Source: Pseudomonadota bacterium (GTDB taxonomy: Bacteria; Pseudomonadota; Alphaproteobacteria; Rhodospirillales; Magnetospirillaceae). From it: a stretch of 64,000 nt of DNA. The stretch spans positions 2,860 to 66,859 of the forward strand of contig JAJZVW010000018.1 in assembly GCA_021847015.1 (NCBI GenBank). The letters are read 5' to 3'. Of the stretch, positions 26,593-35,874 are shown in pieces. Both the position numbers and the translations under genes were made by a program. Within the stretch, counting starts at the first letter, position 1. Every line of letters begins with the position of its first letter. Below the pieces are notes generated by a model, which saw nothing but the letters and a program-made list of their open reading frames with translations, ran no database searches and was not told where the DNA came from.

Positions 26593-26979
26593 TTACCGGG
26601 GAAATTCCGAAAGGGCCGAAAGGGTGATGGGACCGAAAGGAAGCAGCGACGGCACCAGGAAGTCGAAGGTATAGGTCGCCGACACCGACACCTGGGAGGC
26701 GGTGGAAGCGACGGTGAATGCGACGTTGGCCGGAGGAATCCCGATCAGTTCGGCTTGGGCTTGCGCGATGACGACGCTGTTGCTTGCCGTGGAATGGGCG
26801 AGCGCATAACGCGTCGCTTCCTCGCAGGCGAATTGCAGCATGGACCTGTCCCACATCGCGCGCCCGAACTCGACGGTACCGAGGATGAACAGAAGGAACA
26901 CCGGCAACAGCAGCGCGAACTCGACCGCGACGTTTCCACGGTCGCACCGGCTGAGGTTTCGGCCTTCGCTCACCCCCAC
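26593..26979 (-). CDS. TadE/TadF-like pseudopilin
   Basis: N-terminal TadE motif RGNVAVEFALLLPVFLLFILGTVEFGRAMW. Confidence 0.85.
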   Translation of the reverse strand: MGVSEGRNLSRCDRGNVAVEFALLLPVFLLFILGTVEFGRAMWDRSMLQFACEEATRYALAHSTASNSVVIAQAQAELIGIPPANVAFTVASTASQVSVSATYTFDFLVPSLLPFGPITLSALSEFPR

Positions 26980-26988
26980 CCTGCCCTC

Positions 26989-27468
26989 CTATTGCGTCCG
27001 CAGGCTGGCGCTGGCGCTGAGCGCCACGGAATTGCCGATACCCGGATATGTCACGAGCAAGGCGTAGTTTTCGGCGACGGTCACGGTGACATAGGTCCAC
27101 GGCGCGGATGTCGGGCAGGTGCCACCGCAGGTGATGGTCGATCCGTCGTTGCAGCCGCAACTCAGCGTCACGGAGACGGTCCCGGAATTCAGCCCGTTGG
27201 CCGCGGCAAGGGTGGCTTGGCGCGTGCCCGCGGAATCGGTCGGGTTCCCCATGGCGTATTGGGCGCCGGCCCGTGCCGCGCTGGTCAGGCGCATACGCTC
27301 GTTGGTCGCCATGCCGAAATCGGCGAGGCCCAGGACAAGCACCAAAAGAATCGGTGCCGCCAGCGCGAATTCCACCGCCGCCACGCCGCGCCGGCAGGCC
27401 GCCAACCGGACAAGAGGGGCTCGACTCACGATTGCACCCTCTTCGATCCCTGGCTGCTCCGTGCCCAC
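26989..27468 (-). CDS. tadE: TadE-like pseudopilin
   Basis: RRGVAAVEFALAAPILLVLVLGLADFG. The first ~13 codons of the track ORF overlap REP copy B, so a GTG start at 27429 is plausible. Confidence 0.85.
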   Translation of the reverse strand: MGTEQPGIEEGAIVSRAPLVRLAACRRGVAAVEFALAAPILLVLVLGLADFGMATNERMRLTSAARAGAQYAMGNPTDSAGTRQATLAAANGLNSGTVSVTLSCGCNDGSTITCGGTCPTSAPWTYVTVTVAENYALLVTYPGIGNSVALSASASLRTQ

Positions 27469-27586
27469 CTCATGACACGCCCCTGATTGTCATTCCGAGC
27501 CGAAGGTGAGGAATCTTTCAGGCACCTTCGTGTGAAAGACTCCTCTATCGCTCCGCTCTCTCGGGATGACTCCATCGGAACTGCAC
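27453..27586. repeat. Palindromic REP/MITE-like element, copy B (between the tadG-like and tadE-like genes)
   Basis: TGTCATTCCGAGCCGAAGGTGAGGAATCTTTCAGGCACC...CTCGGGATGAC. Fills the gap between the tadG-like stop (27590) and the tadE-like start. Confidence 0.85.
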
Positions 27587-27589
27587 CTC

Positions 27590-28840
27590 CTATTCCACCA
27601 GGGCCAGGCTCATGTTCGTGATCGGTCTTGTCCCGCTCCCGCTGCAATTGTTCGGCAAATTGGCGTTGTTGTTGAAGATCACACGACGGCCAATCACCTG
27701 GACGCAGCCGTTGGCGTTGCTTGTACCATTATTGTCCATTTCCACGGCTTGGTTTGGGAAATAGACCGCGCCGGTGATATTCAGAACGGCGTTGTTGGAA
27801 AAGACCTGGGTCACCGACGAATCGCCGTTTCTATCGCCGCAGAACGCAAGACCTTGATAATTTCCCGATGTCGGCGCCGTGATGTTCATAACGGCGTTGT
27901 TGCCGACATCGATGGCGTAATTCCCGACGACGACGATCGTCACCCCACTGGTGGCGTTCAGCACGGCATTGTTCTGAAACGAAAACTGGTTCTGAACGTA
28001 ATAGGTTCCCGGCGCCATGTTGACGGTGGCGTTATTCGAGAAATTAAGACCGCTACAGAAATTCCCCGGGGTAAGGTTGATCGTCACGTTGTTCTTGCCC
28101 GACGACGTTTGGCCCGTGCAGGAGGGAAGGGTCGGGGTGGTCACCGCCGCATACGGGTCGTCAAAAACGGCGTGCGTCGTGACGGGACTATCGATCTCGC
28201 CGTTGTTGCCCATGTAATAACTGGATCCTCCCACGCCCACCGCCCCCGAAATGTGGGCGTTGTTGTCGACGACCAGGCCGTTGGGGTCCGTTGAACGCGA
28301 GGCGGCGCCGCAATTGGCGTTGGGCAGGGTGGCATTGTTGTTGAGATAGACCGTGTCGGGCGCCGACGTGTCCAGGCCCAACACGCAATACTGGCCGTTC
28401 CCCTGCGCCTGCGTCGCCACCGCCCGCGCATGCACCGTCAGAGACCCGAGGAAGAGACGGGAGAACAAGAGACCCTGAGGCTGCGAGATATCGACCTCGA
28501 CGGCGTTGGAGTCCCCCGTATAGGCCCCCGATATCGGCGGATTGTAGACGGTCACCGTGGCGCCGCTGGCCGTCGAATAACCGTTGCGCTGGGCGTCGTA
28601 GACCGCCGCCGCCTTGTAATCCGTCAACCCGTCCATGATCTCCCTGGCGCCCGAAAGGGCCCCGGCATCGGCGGCGGTCTGCATGGCCCGCCGGGCCGCG
28701 AACCACAATCCGGTTTCGACGCCGAGCGACACCATGCCGATCACTATCGGCAGGGTGAGGGCGAGAATGACCGCCACCACCCCCCGACGGTCGTCCCGAA
28801 GCCGTGCCAGAAACCGAATCACGCCGGCGCGACGTCCCAT
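27590..28840 (-). CDS. tadG: TadG-like pilus assembly protein / large pseudopilin
   Basis: N-terminal TadE/G motif RRGVVAVILALTLPIVIGMVSLGVETG. The remainder is rich in NNA-type repeats (NNATLPN, NNAHISG, NNATVNM, NNAVLNA, NNAVMNI, NNAVLNI, NNANLPN). Confidence 0.85.
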   Translation of the reverse strand: MGRRAGVIRFLARLRDDRRGVVAVILALTLPIVIGMVSLGVETGLWFAARRAMQTAADAGALSGAREIMDGLTDYKAAAVYDAQRNGYSTASGATVTVYNPPISGAYTGDSNAVEVDISQPQGLLFSRLFLGSLTVHARAVATQAQGNGQYCVLGLDTSAPDTVYLNNNATLPNANCGAASRSTDPNGLVVDNNAHISGAVGVGGSSYYMGNNGEIDSPVTTHAVFDDPYAAVTTPTLPSCTGQTSSGKNNVTINLTPGNFCSGLNFSNNATVNMAPGTYYVQNQFSFQNNAVLNATSGVTIVVVGNYAIDVGNNAVMNITAPTSGNYQGLAFCGDRNGDSSVTQVFSNNAVLNITGAVYFPNQAVEMDNNGTSNANGCVQVIGRRVIFNNNANLPNNCSGSGTRPITNMSLALVE

Positions 28841-28849
28841 GATCGTCCC

Positions 28850-29335
28850 CTATTTTCCGTTGCCGCCGCCCTTGTCGGCGACCGCGTCGGCCACTTTTTC
28901 GCACGTGACCGCGCCGCACAGGTAGGTCTGGCTGACGCCGCCGTTCTTGGCCTGCTTGCCCCCGGCGAAGGTCACCGACACCGCGCGGTCCCCGCTGACC
29001 CCGACCACTACGGGCACATCCACGAGGAAATTGCCGTCGCCGTCCATGACCGACAGCGATGTTCCGCCCGTTTGCTTGCCGAAGACGATGAGAACCCTTG
29101 GGCTCTCAACCGAGACGTCGGCCACCGAGGGATCGCCGACGATCACGCGCTTGGCCGGGTGGCTCAGCCGGATCACCGTCGCCCCACCCACCCTGACGTC
29201 GATGGCCCCGCTCGCCGCTTCGGCCGAAACACCGGCGGATACGGCCAAGACCAGCGCCGCCAGCAGGAGGACCCCGGCTGCGGGCCGATCAAGAAACCGG
29301 AGACGAACGAAGTGAAGTGCCGCATTCAACGCCAT
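28850..29335 (-). CDS. Pilus-formation protein with secretin-N-like (T2SS/T3SS pilN-type) domain
   Basis: Signal peptide, then RLSHPAKRVIVGDPSVADVSVESPRVLIVFGKQTGGTSLSVMDGDG, the pattern of pilus assembly N-terminal domains found in cpa loci. Confidence 0.7.
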   Translation of the reverse strand: MALNAALHFVRLRFLDRPAAGVLLLAALVLAVSAGVSAEAASGAIDVRVGGATVIRLSHPAKRVIVGDPSVADVSVESPRVLIVFGKQTGGTSLSVMDGDGNFLVDVPVVVGVSGDRAVSVTFAGGKQAKNGGVSQTYLCGAVTCEKVADAVADKGGGNGK

Positions 29336-29481
29336 GCCTACCCCCGGGGAATAACGGGCAATTCATGATTTGGACGATACTATGAAAGAGCGTATAAAAG
29401 CAACCTGATCCCAGACACCGCTTGCGTAAGTATCGGCAGGGAATTACAAATGTTTTTAAGCGGTTTTTATGGAGTCCGTAA

Positions 29482-30261
29482 ATGAAGTTCCCGCGCTCCG
29501 CTTTCGCCGCCACGATCCTGGCGGCATCCTTGTGCGGCTGCGCCGCTGCGAACGACGCCGACGTGGCCAAGGCGGTGGAGCCGTCCTTGCGGATGGCGGC
29601 GTTGACCGCCGAGGCATCCAACGACTACAAGGGCGCCGCCCAACATTGGCAGACTCTTTACCAGCACCATCCCGAGGACAAAGGCATCGCCCTGTCCCTG
29701 GCGCGGGCGTTGCGGTACGGGGGGTCGCCCGCGCAGGGCGCCGACGTCATGCAGGCAAGCCTGGTGCGGTTCGGCCGCGACGCCGACGTCCTCACCGAAC
29801 TGGGCAAGGACTACCTTGCCGACCAGCGCATCCCGCTGGCGCTCAAATACCTGGACGAAGCGCGCACCTTGGCGCCCACGCGCTGGGACATTCCCTCGGC
29901 CATCGGCGTAAGCCTGGACAGCCAGCGCCGGTTCGCCGACGCGGCCGCCGCCTACGCGCAGGCACTGACGCTGTCGCCCGACAACCCCGAAATCCTCAAC
30001 AATCTCGGTCTTTCCCAGGCGCTGTCGGGCAAGCTCGACGACGGCATCGCCACGCTGCGCCATGCCAACGACCAACCGGCGGCCGACGCCCAGGTCCGGC
30101 AGAACCTGGCCATGCTGTTGGCCTTGAAGGGCGATGCCGAGGATGCCGAAGCTCTGGCGCGCCACGACCTGCCGCCCGACCTGGCGCGCGCCAACAGCCA
30201 AATCTTCCACGACCTGGCCAAGGCGGTCGGCCATCCCGCCCCCCCGGCCGACGGGGGATGA
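29482..30261 (+). CDS. tadD: TPR-repeat lipoprotein, TadD-like
   Basis: Lipobox AASLCGCAA and several TPR-like repeats (AAAYAQALTLSPDNPEILNNLGLSQALSG). Confidence 0.8.
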   Translation: MKFPRSAFAATILAASLCGCAAANDADVAKAVEPSLRMAALTAEASNDYKGAAQHWQTLYQHHPEDKGIALSLARALRYGGSPAQGADVMQASLVRFGRDADVLTELGKDYLADQRIPLALKYLDEARTLAPTRWDIPSAIGVSLDSQRRFADAAAAYAQALTLSPDNPEILNNLGLSQALSGKLDDGIATLRHANDQPAADAQVRQNLAMLLALKGDAEDAEALARHDLPPDLARANSQIFHDLAKAVGHPAPPADGG

Positions 30262-30267
30262 CCCAGA

Positions 30268-30397
30268 GCTGTTCAATGCTCGGCTCGCGTCGCATCCCTC
30301 GTTGTCATTCCGGGCCGAGGGCGAAGAATCGTTCAGACGCCTTCGCCGGAAAGATCCCTCGACTTCGCTCGGGATGACAGCGCCGGAACTGAACAGC
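30268..30397. repeat. Palindromic REP/MITE-like element, copy C
   Basis: GCTGTTCAATGCTCGGCTC...TGTCATTCCGGGCCGAGGGCGAAGAATCGTTCAGACGCC...GCTCGGGATGACAGCGCCGGAACTGAACAGC. Lies between the convergent tadD and tadC stops. Confidence 0.85.
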
Positions 30398-30463
30398 CCT
30401 GGGGGATGAACGGCGTGACCGGCTGAAGAAGAAAACAGGCGGGACATTGTCCCTCCAGCGTTT

Positions 30464-31423
30464 TCACTTCATATGGGAGATTTGCAGCGCTGCCGGCGTG
30501 ATGATGACGATGAACAGCACCGGCAGGAAAAAAATGATCATCGGCACGGTCAACTTGGCGGGAAGCGCCGCCGCCTTCTTTTCCGCCGCCGCCATCCGGC
30601 TTTCGCGATTTTCGGTGGCCAGCACGCGCAGCGCCTGACTGACCGGGGTGCCGTATTTTTCCGCCTGGACCAGTGCCGTGGCCAGGGACTTGACCTGGGG
30701 CAGGCCGGTGCGATCGGCGAAATTGTCCCAGGCCAGCCGGCGCTCGCTCAAGAAGGCGAGTTCGGCGGCGGTCAATCCGATCTCCTCGGCCATCTCCGGA
30801 GAACTCTCGCCGATTTCCTCGGTCACGCGGACCAGCGCCGCCTCGACCGAAAGTCCCGCTTCCACGCAGATGACCATCAGGTCGAGCGTATCGGGAAAGG
30901 CGCGTGCCAGGGCCTTCTGGCGCTTCTGGACCGCGTTGGTCAACAAAATCTGGGGAAGATAGGTCCCCAGCACCAACCCAATCACCACCAGCAGGACCTT
31001 CGTGGTGAAAGACAACGTCTCCAGCACCGACGAGGCATACACCAGCGCCAGCGCCAACAGCACCACCGGGGAGGCCACGCGGGCGAAGGTGTAGGTCACG
31101 GCCGCGCTCTGGTGGCGCCATCCGGCCTGCGCCAGCTTCACCTTCAGTTCCTTGGCCTCCAGCAGGGCCTGGAGGTTCAACCGGTTTAGGGCCGCGCGCA
31201 TCAGACCGACATGCCGCTGCGGCTGGCTGCGGCGCGCGGGCTTCAGGTTTTCCCGCTGGCGCGCCGACAATTCCTCGCGACGCGCGGACACGGCTTTCAT
31301 GCGGCTGGCCAGGTGATTGCGCTGCATCAACGGCAGGCCAAGCGCCAACACCGACGCGAACGCGGCGACTGCGGCAATGACGACAATCAGCGAGGAGAGA
31401 TTCACGGCCGCCCCTTCCCTCAC
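30464..31423 (-). CDS. tadC: Type II secretion system F-family inner-membrane platform protein TadC
   Basis: 319 aa with a T2SSF-type domain. ATGA-type overlap with the tadB stop. Confidence 0.9.
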   Translation of the reverse strand: MREGAAVNLSSLIVVIAAVAAFASVLALGLPLMQRNHLASRMKAVSARREELSARQRENLKPARRSQPQRHVGLMRAALNRLNLQALLEAKELKVKLAQAGWRHQSAAVTYTFARVASPVVLLALALVYASSVLETLSFTTKVLLVVIGLVLGTYLPQILLTNAVQKRQKALARAFPDTLDLMVICVEAGLSVEAALVRVTEEIGESSPEMAEEIGLTAAELAFLSERRLAWDNFADRTGLPQVKSLATALVQAEKYGTPVSQALRVLATENRESRMAAAEKKAAALPAKLTVPMIIFFLPVLFIVIITPAALQISHMK

Positions 31424-32418
31424 ATATCGAAGTTGATCATCTGGCGCATGACCAGGATTCCGGCCCCCATCACCGAAATTCCGATGCCCACCATCAAATG
31501 GCCGGTGCTGGTGGTGAAGAGGAGGCCGATGTAATCGGGTGCGACCACGGACAGCAACAGGGCGACGGCGATCGGCAGGGACCCGATGATGCCCGCGGAT
31601 GCCTTGGCCTCGCTGGAATAGGCTTTGACCTTGTCGCGCATGCGCTTGCGCGCGCGCAGGACCTCGGAGAGCTTGGCCAAGGTCTCGGCGAGATTGCCGC
31701 CCGTCTGCTGCTGGATGGTGAGCACGATGGCGAAGAATCTCAGTTCGGCCGTGGGCATGCGTTCGACCGCGCGCTCCAAGGCATCCTGGAGGGTAAGCCC
31801 CAGCTTCTGCCCTTCGGCGATGAGACGGAATTCGGCCCCCAGCGGGTCGTCCATCTCACGGCCGATGATGTTGATGCATTCGCCCAGCGGCAAACCCGAA
31901 CGGATGCCGCGCACCACCACGTCCAGCGCGTCCGCGAACAGGCCGGTGAACTTCGCCAGCCGCCGTTTGGCCAGGATCGACACCACCAGTTTCGGCAGCC
32001 CGATCCCGATCAGGACCGCCGCCAGCGGAATGCCGACGGGGGGAAGCGGGCTCAAGGCGTAGAGCAGACCCGCCAGCAGCGTGCCCACGGCGTTGCCGGC
32101 CAGGTAATGGGGCACCTCGATGCGCAGGCCCGCCTGCATCAATTCGTCGCGCAGCCGCGACCGGCCTTTCTTGGCCCGGCTTTCGTCCACCTGCTTGAGG
32201 CGGTTCTGGATGGCGCGGCGCTTCAGCATGGCGCCCGCCCGCACCGGCTTGGACCTGTCCGGTCCGGCGCCGGCGACACTCGCCAGCCGCCGCTTCAATC
32301 GGGCGCGCGGACCGTGAAGAAGGGCGTAAAGCGTCCATCCGAACAGGCCGAGGGCGGCGAACAGCACCAGCACGAACGCCACGACCCCGGCCGGCAGACG
32401 GGAGAGTGCGTCAAGCAT
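31420..32418 (-). CDS. tadB: Type II secretion system F-family inner-membrane platform protein TadB
   Basis: 332 aa with a T2SSF domain. Overlaps the cpaF stop. Confidence 0.9.
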   Translation of the reverse strand: MLDALSRLPAGVVAFVLVLFAALGLFGWTLYALLHGPRARLKRRLASVAGAGPDRSKPVRAGAMLKRRAIQNRLKQVDESRAKKGRSRLRDELMQAGLRIEVPHYLAGNAVGTLLAGLLYALSPLPPVGIPLAAVLIGIGLPKLVVSILAKRRLAKFTGLFADALDVVVRGIRSGLPLGECINIIGREMDDPLGAEFRLIAEGQKLGLTLQDALERAVERMPTAELRFFAIVLTIQQQTGGNLAETLAKLSEVLRARKRMRDKVKAYSSEAKASAGIIGSLPIAVALLLSVVAPDYIGLLFTTSTGHLMVGIGISVMGAGILVMRQMINFDM

Positions 32419-33823
32419 GGCTTTCCGCCAAGGCCTCGGCCAGTTCGCGTTCGAGGCCGAAATAGCGCGCCCTGTCCCAGAAGCCGGGGCGCAAGCCCGT
32501 GGAGCGATGGCGGCCGATGATGCGGCCCGCGGGATCCTCTCCCTGAAATTCGAAGACGAACAGGTCCTGCAGGGTGATGACGTCCCCTTCCATCCCCACC
32601 ACCTCGGTGATGTGGGTGATCTTGCGGCTGCCGTCGCGCAGGCGCGATGCCTGGACGATCACATTCACCGCCGACGCGATCTGCTCGCGCACGGCCTTGG
32701 CCGGAAGGTTATATCCGCCCATCGCCACCATGTTCTCGACACGCGATAGGGCGTCGCGCGGAGTGTTGGCGTGGATGGTGCCCATGGAACCGTCGTGGCC
32801 GGTGTTCATGGCTTGCAGAAGGTCGAACGCCTCCGGGCCGCGCACCTCGCCGACGATGATCCGCTCGGGACGCATGCGCAGGCAGTTGCGGACGAGGTCG
32901 CGCATGGTCACCGACCCAGCGCCTTCCAGATTGGGCGGGCGGGTTTCGAGGCGCACAACATGGGGCTGCTGCAATTGCAGTTCGGCGGCATCCTCGCAGG
33001 TGATGATGCGTTCGCCGGAATCGATGTAGCGGGTGAGGCAGTTGAGAAGCGTCGTCTTGCCCGAACCGGTGCCGCCCGAGATGAGGACGTTGATCCGGCA
33101 GGCGCCGATCACCTCCAGCACCTTCGCGCCCGCCGGCGTGATCGAGCCGAACTCCACCAGCTTCCCCAAGGTCAGCTTTTCCCGCTTGAACTTGCGGATG
33201 GTAAGGGTCGGGCCGTCCAGTGCCAGCGGCGGAGCGATGACGTTGACGCGCGATCCGTCGCCGAGGCGCGCGTCGCAGATGGGGCTCGCCTCGTCCACCC
33301 GCCGGCCGACCGCCGAAACGATGCGCTGGCAGATGTTCATCAGTTGCGCATTGTCCCGGAACTTGATGTCCGTGAGGAGGATCTTGCCGTCGGTCTCGAT
33401 GTAGACCTTCTCGGCGCCGTTGACCATGATGTCGGCGATGTCGTCGCGGGCGACCAGGGGCTCCAGCGGTCCCAGGCCCAGAACATCGTTGCAGATGTCG
33501 GCGATGACCACCTGCTGCTCGGCCGCCGACAGCACGATGTTCCGCATGCTGATGATCTCGGCGACGATGTCCGAGATTTCCTCGCGCACCTGGGCGGCGT
33601 CGAGTTTGCCCAATTCGGTGGGATCGACCGAATCGATCAGGTCGTTGAAGATTGAGACCTTGATGTCCGACAGGCGGTCATCGGCAGCGTTCACCCCGCT
33701 CTCGGCGGATGGCGCCGGTGCTGCCGCGGGCATTTCCGGCGTCCCGCCTTGCCCGCCCGCGGACGGGCGCATCGGCGGTTTGGGGGCGGCGGGCGGCGGG
33801 GGAGCGCTTCGACGGCCGAACAT
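32411..33823 (-). CDS. cpaF: CpaF/TadA pilus assembly ATPase (VirB11/T2SS-E family)
   Basis: Walker A GGTGSGKTTLLN, Asp box, Walker B IIVGEVRG and His box TGHDGSMGTIHAN. Confidence 0.95.
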   Translation of the reverse strand: MFGRRSAPPPPAAPKPPMRPSAGGQGGTPEMPAAAPAPSAESGVNAADDRLSDIKVSIFNDLIDSVDPTELGKLDAAQVREEISDIVAEIISMRNIVLSAAEQQVVIADICNDVLGLGPLEPLVARDDIADIMVNGAEKVYIETDGKILLTDIKFRDNAQLMNICQRIVSAVGRRVDEASPICDARLGDGSRVNVIAPPLALDGPTLTIRKFKREKLTLGKLVEFGSITPAGAKVLEVIGACRINVLISGGTGSGKTTLLNCLTRYIDSGERIITCEDAAELQLQQPHVVRLETRPPNLEGAGSVTMRDLVRNCLRMRPERIIVGEVRGPEAFDLLQAMNTGHDGSMGTIHANTPRDALSRVENMVAMGGYNLPAKAVREQIASAVNVIVQASRLRDGSRKITHITEVVGMEGDVITLQDLFVFEFQGEDPAGRIIGRHRSTGLRPGFWDRARYFGLERELAEALAESHA

Positions 33824-33845
33824 TCCGGGTTCGCCTCCGCCGGCC

Positions 33846-35057
33846 TTATTTCTTCAACCACGCCAACAGGCTCTGGGCGTTGATCGACGCCCCAAAGCCC
33901 GACTTGGCGGCCGGCTTCTTCGCCGCCGGAGCGCGTCCCAGGAGTTGGACGGCGAACTCGCCCAGCAACTCGACGACCTTATGGGTCTTGGCCGTCTCGC
34001 CCAGCATCTGCCCATTGTTGGCCGCCAATCCGAACAGCGCCGGATCGAACGGAAGCTTCAGGGCGGGCGGAAGACCGAGGTGCTCCGCGAAATCCCGGGG
34101 CGACAATTCGGTCTTCCGGGACGCGTCGCACCGGTTGAGCACCAGCCGGATGGCGTCGCCGCGCTTTCCGGCCAACGCCTCGACCAGAGCCTTGGTGTCG
34201 CGCAGGCAGACGAGGTCGGGAACGGCAACCGCCAGCACTTCGTCGGCCGCCGCCAGCAGATGTCCTGTCCAGACGTCCCACAGATGCGGCAGATCGACGA
34301 CCACCGCCGGAGCCATGCGCAACGCCAGTTCCAGGAGCTTGTCCAGCGCCTCGACGCCGATGGGCTGGGCCGCGCGCGGGTTTCCGGGCGAACTCAGCAC
34401 CTGCAAATGGTCGTCGTAGGCCACCAGGAACCGCTCCAGCAGCACCTGATCGAGCCGCTCGGGATTGCCCAGGGCATCGGCGACGGTCTGCTTGGTGTCG
34501 ATGTTGAAGGCCAGCCCCGATGTCCCGAAGGCGATGTCGAGATCGATATAGATGACGTCTTCCCGCGTCGCCCGCGCCGTTTCCCAGGCGATGTTCTGAG
34601 CCAGCGTGGATGCCCCCACCCCGCCGCGCACCCCCCACACGGCCACCAGCCTGCCCTTCCTGGGAGCCGAGGGATCGTCGAAGATCGCGCCCAGCACCGA
34701 CGCCACCTGGCGCGGCGTCACCGGGGACAGCAGGTAATCGCTCACGCCCCGCGCCAGGAGAGTCCGATAAAGGCCGATGTCGTTGAGCTTGCCGACCACC
34801 ACCACCCGGGTTCCCGGTTCGCAGACCTCGGCCAGATGGTCGATCCGCGCGAGCAGGGTGGCGTCGTCATCCTCTTCCTCGACGAGGATGACCTGGGGGG
34901 TAGGCTTGTCCGCGTAATGCCCGACGGCGGCGGCCAAACCGCCGGGAAAGACATTGACGCGCGATTTGGCAAAGACCCGGTCGTCGCGGATAGCCTTGAA
35001 GACGTCCGCCACATCCGGCGTCAATGCGAAGGCATCGATGGAGACACCGTAGATCAC
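33846..35057 (-). CDS. cpaE: CpaE/TadZ pilus assembly protein (receiver-like N-domain plus MinD/ParA-like ATPase domain)
   Basis: Atypical Walker A VWGVRGGVGASTLAQNIAW, in the conserved position between cpaD and cpaF. Confidence 0.9.
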   Translation of the reverse strand: MIYGVSIDAFALTPDVADVFKAIRDDRVFAKSRVNVFPGGLAAAVGHYADKPTPQVILVEEEDDDATLLARIDHLAEVCEPGTRVVVVGKLNDIGLYRTLLARGVSDYLLSPVTPRQVASVLGAIFDDPSAPRKGRLVAVWGVRGGVGASTLAQNIAWETARATREDVIYIDLDIAFGTSGLAFNIDTKQTVADALGNPERLDQVLLERFLVAYDDHLQVLSSPGNPRAAQPIGVEALDKLLELALRMAPAVVVDLPHLWDVWTGHLLAAADEVLAVAVPDLVCLRDTKALVEALAGKRGDAIRLVLNRCDASRKTELSPRDFAEHLGLPPALKLPFDPALFGLAANNGQMLGETAKTHKVVELLGEFAVQLLGRAPAAKKPAAKSGFGASINAQSLLAWLKK

Positions 35058-35069
35058 CAGCCTTCTCCG

Positions 35070-35861
35070 TCACTGTCCGCTGCCGCTGCCGACGTTCGAA
35101 ATGTTCGATGAGCCGCCCGCCTCTTTCGCCGAGCCGGTCGCGACGCCCCTGCCGTACTTGTCCAGCACGTCCGCGGATCGGCTGCCCTCGCGCCCGGAGG
35201 ATTCCCGCATGCGCACCAGATCCGCGGGGTCCTGAACCATCAGGCCGATATTGCGCTGGGTCGCGCAGCCGAAATTGGGGCTGCTGCCGTTCTGCCAATC
35301 CGGGGTGGGCTGGGTGTCGAAATTGCCGCATTCCGGGATTTCCGCCACCCAGACCGGGGCCTCGACCAGGGCGGTGTCCGGCCGTTGCGCGGTGCCCGCC
35401 GCCACCACGACCTTCACGTCGGCCGGCGGCACGCGGATGGCGGCGGCCACCCGTTCCCCGAACGCCTGCGCGGCCGCCTTGGCATCGGCACCGCCCGACG
35501 ACGGCGCCACCGTGACGGTAACCGGGCCCGACCCCCGCCGCAGATGGTCCTTGCCGATCTGCTCAAGCGCCATGGCGTCCTGGGCCGAGAACGGCCTGCC
35601 CGCTTCGGGCTGCGTGACCACGGCGACGGCCGTGTGATTGGCGACACCCACCGGATAATGTTGCCGGTAGTCCTGCTCGGCGAGATCGGCGCTGGAACAG
35701 GCCGCGACTCCCACCAGAAGCGCGGCGACCGCCAGCGCCCCTGCCGCCATCCGGGCCCGGCGCGAACACGCAGACCGATCGTCCACACACCGTGCCTCAA
35801 CCACCCCCTGCTTGCGCTTGGGATGCCGGCGGAAGAGCGTAGGAACGCGGCGTCTCGACAT
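35070..35861 (-). CDS. cpaD: CpaD-like pilus biogenesis lipoprotein
   Basis: Lipobox LLVGVAACSS and a C-terminal conserved Cys pair (IPECGNF...NFGCATQRNIG) typical of CpaD. The start is uncertain (35861 or 35750). The track start 35972 would overlap cpaC. Confidence 0.8.
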   Translation of the reverse strand: MSRRRVPTLFRRHPKRKQGVVEARCVDDRSACSRRARMAAGALAVAALLVGVAACSSADLAEQDYRQHYPVGVANHTAVAVVTQPEAGRPFSAQDAMALEQIGKDHLRRGSGPVTVTVAPSSGGADAKAAAQAFGERVAAAIRVPPADVKVVVAAGTAQRPDTALVEAPVWVAEIPECGNFDTQPTPDWQNGSSPNFGCATQRNIGLMVQDPADLVRMRESSGREGSRSADVLDKYGRGVATGSAKEAGGSSNISNVGSGSGQ

Positions 35862-35874
35862 GGCGGCGATCCCT

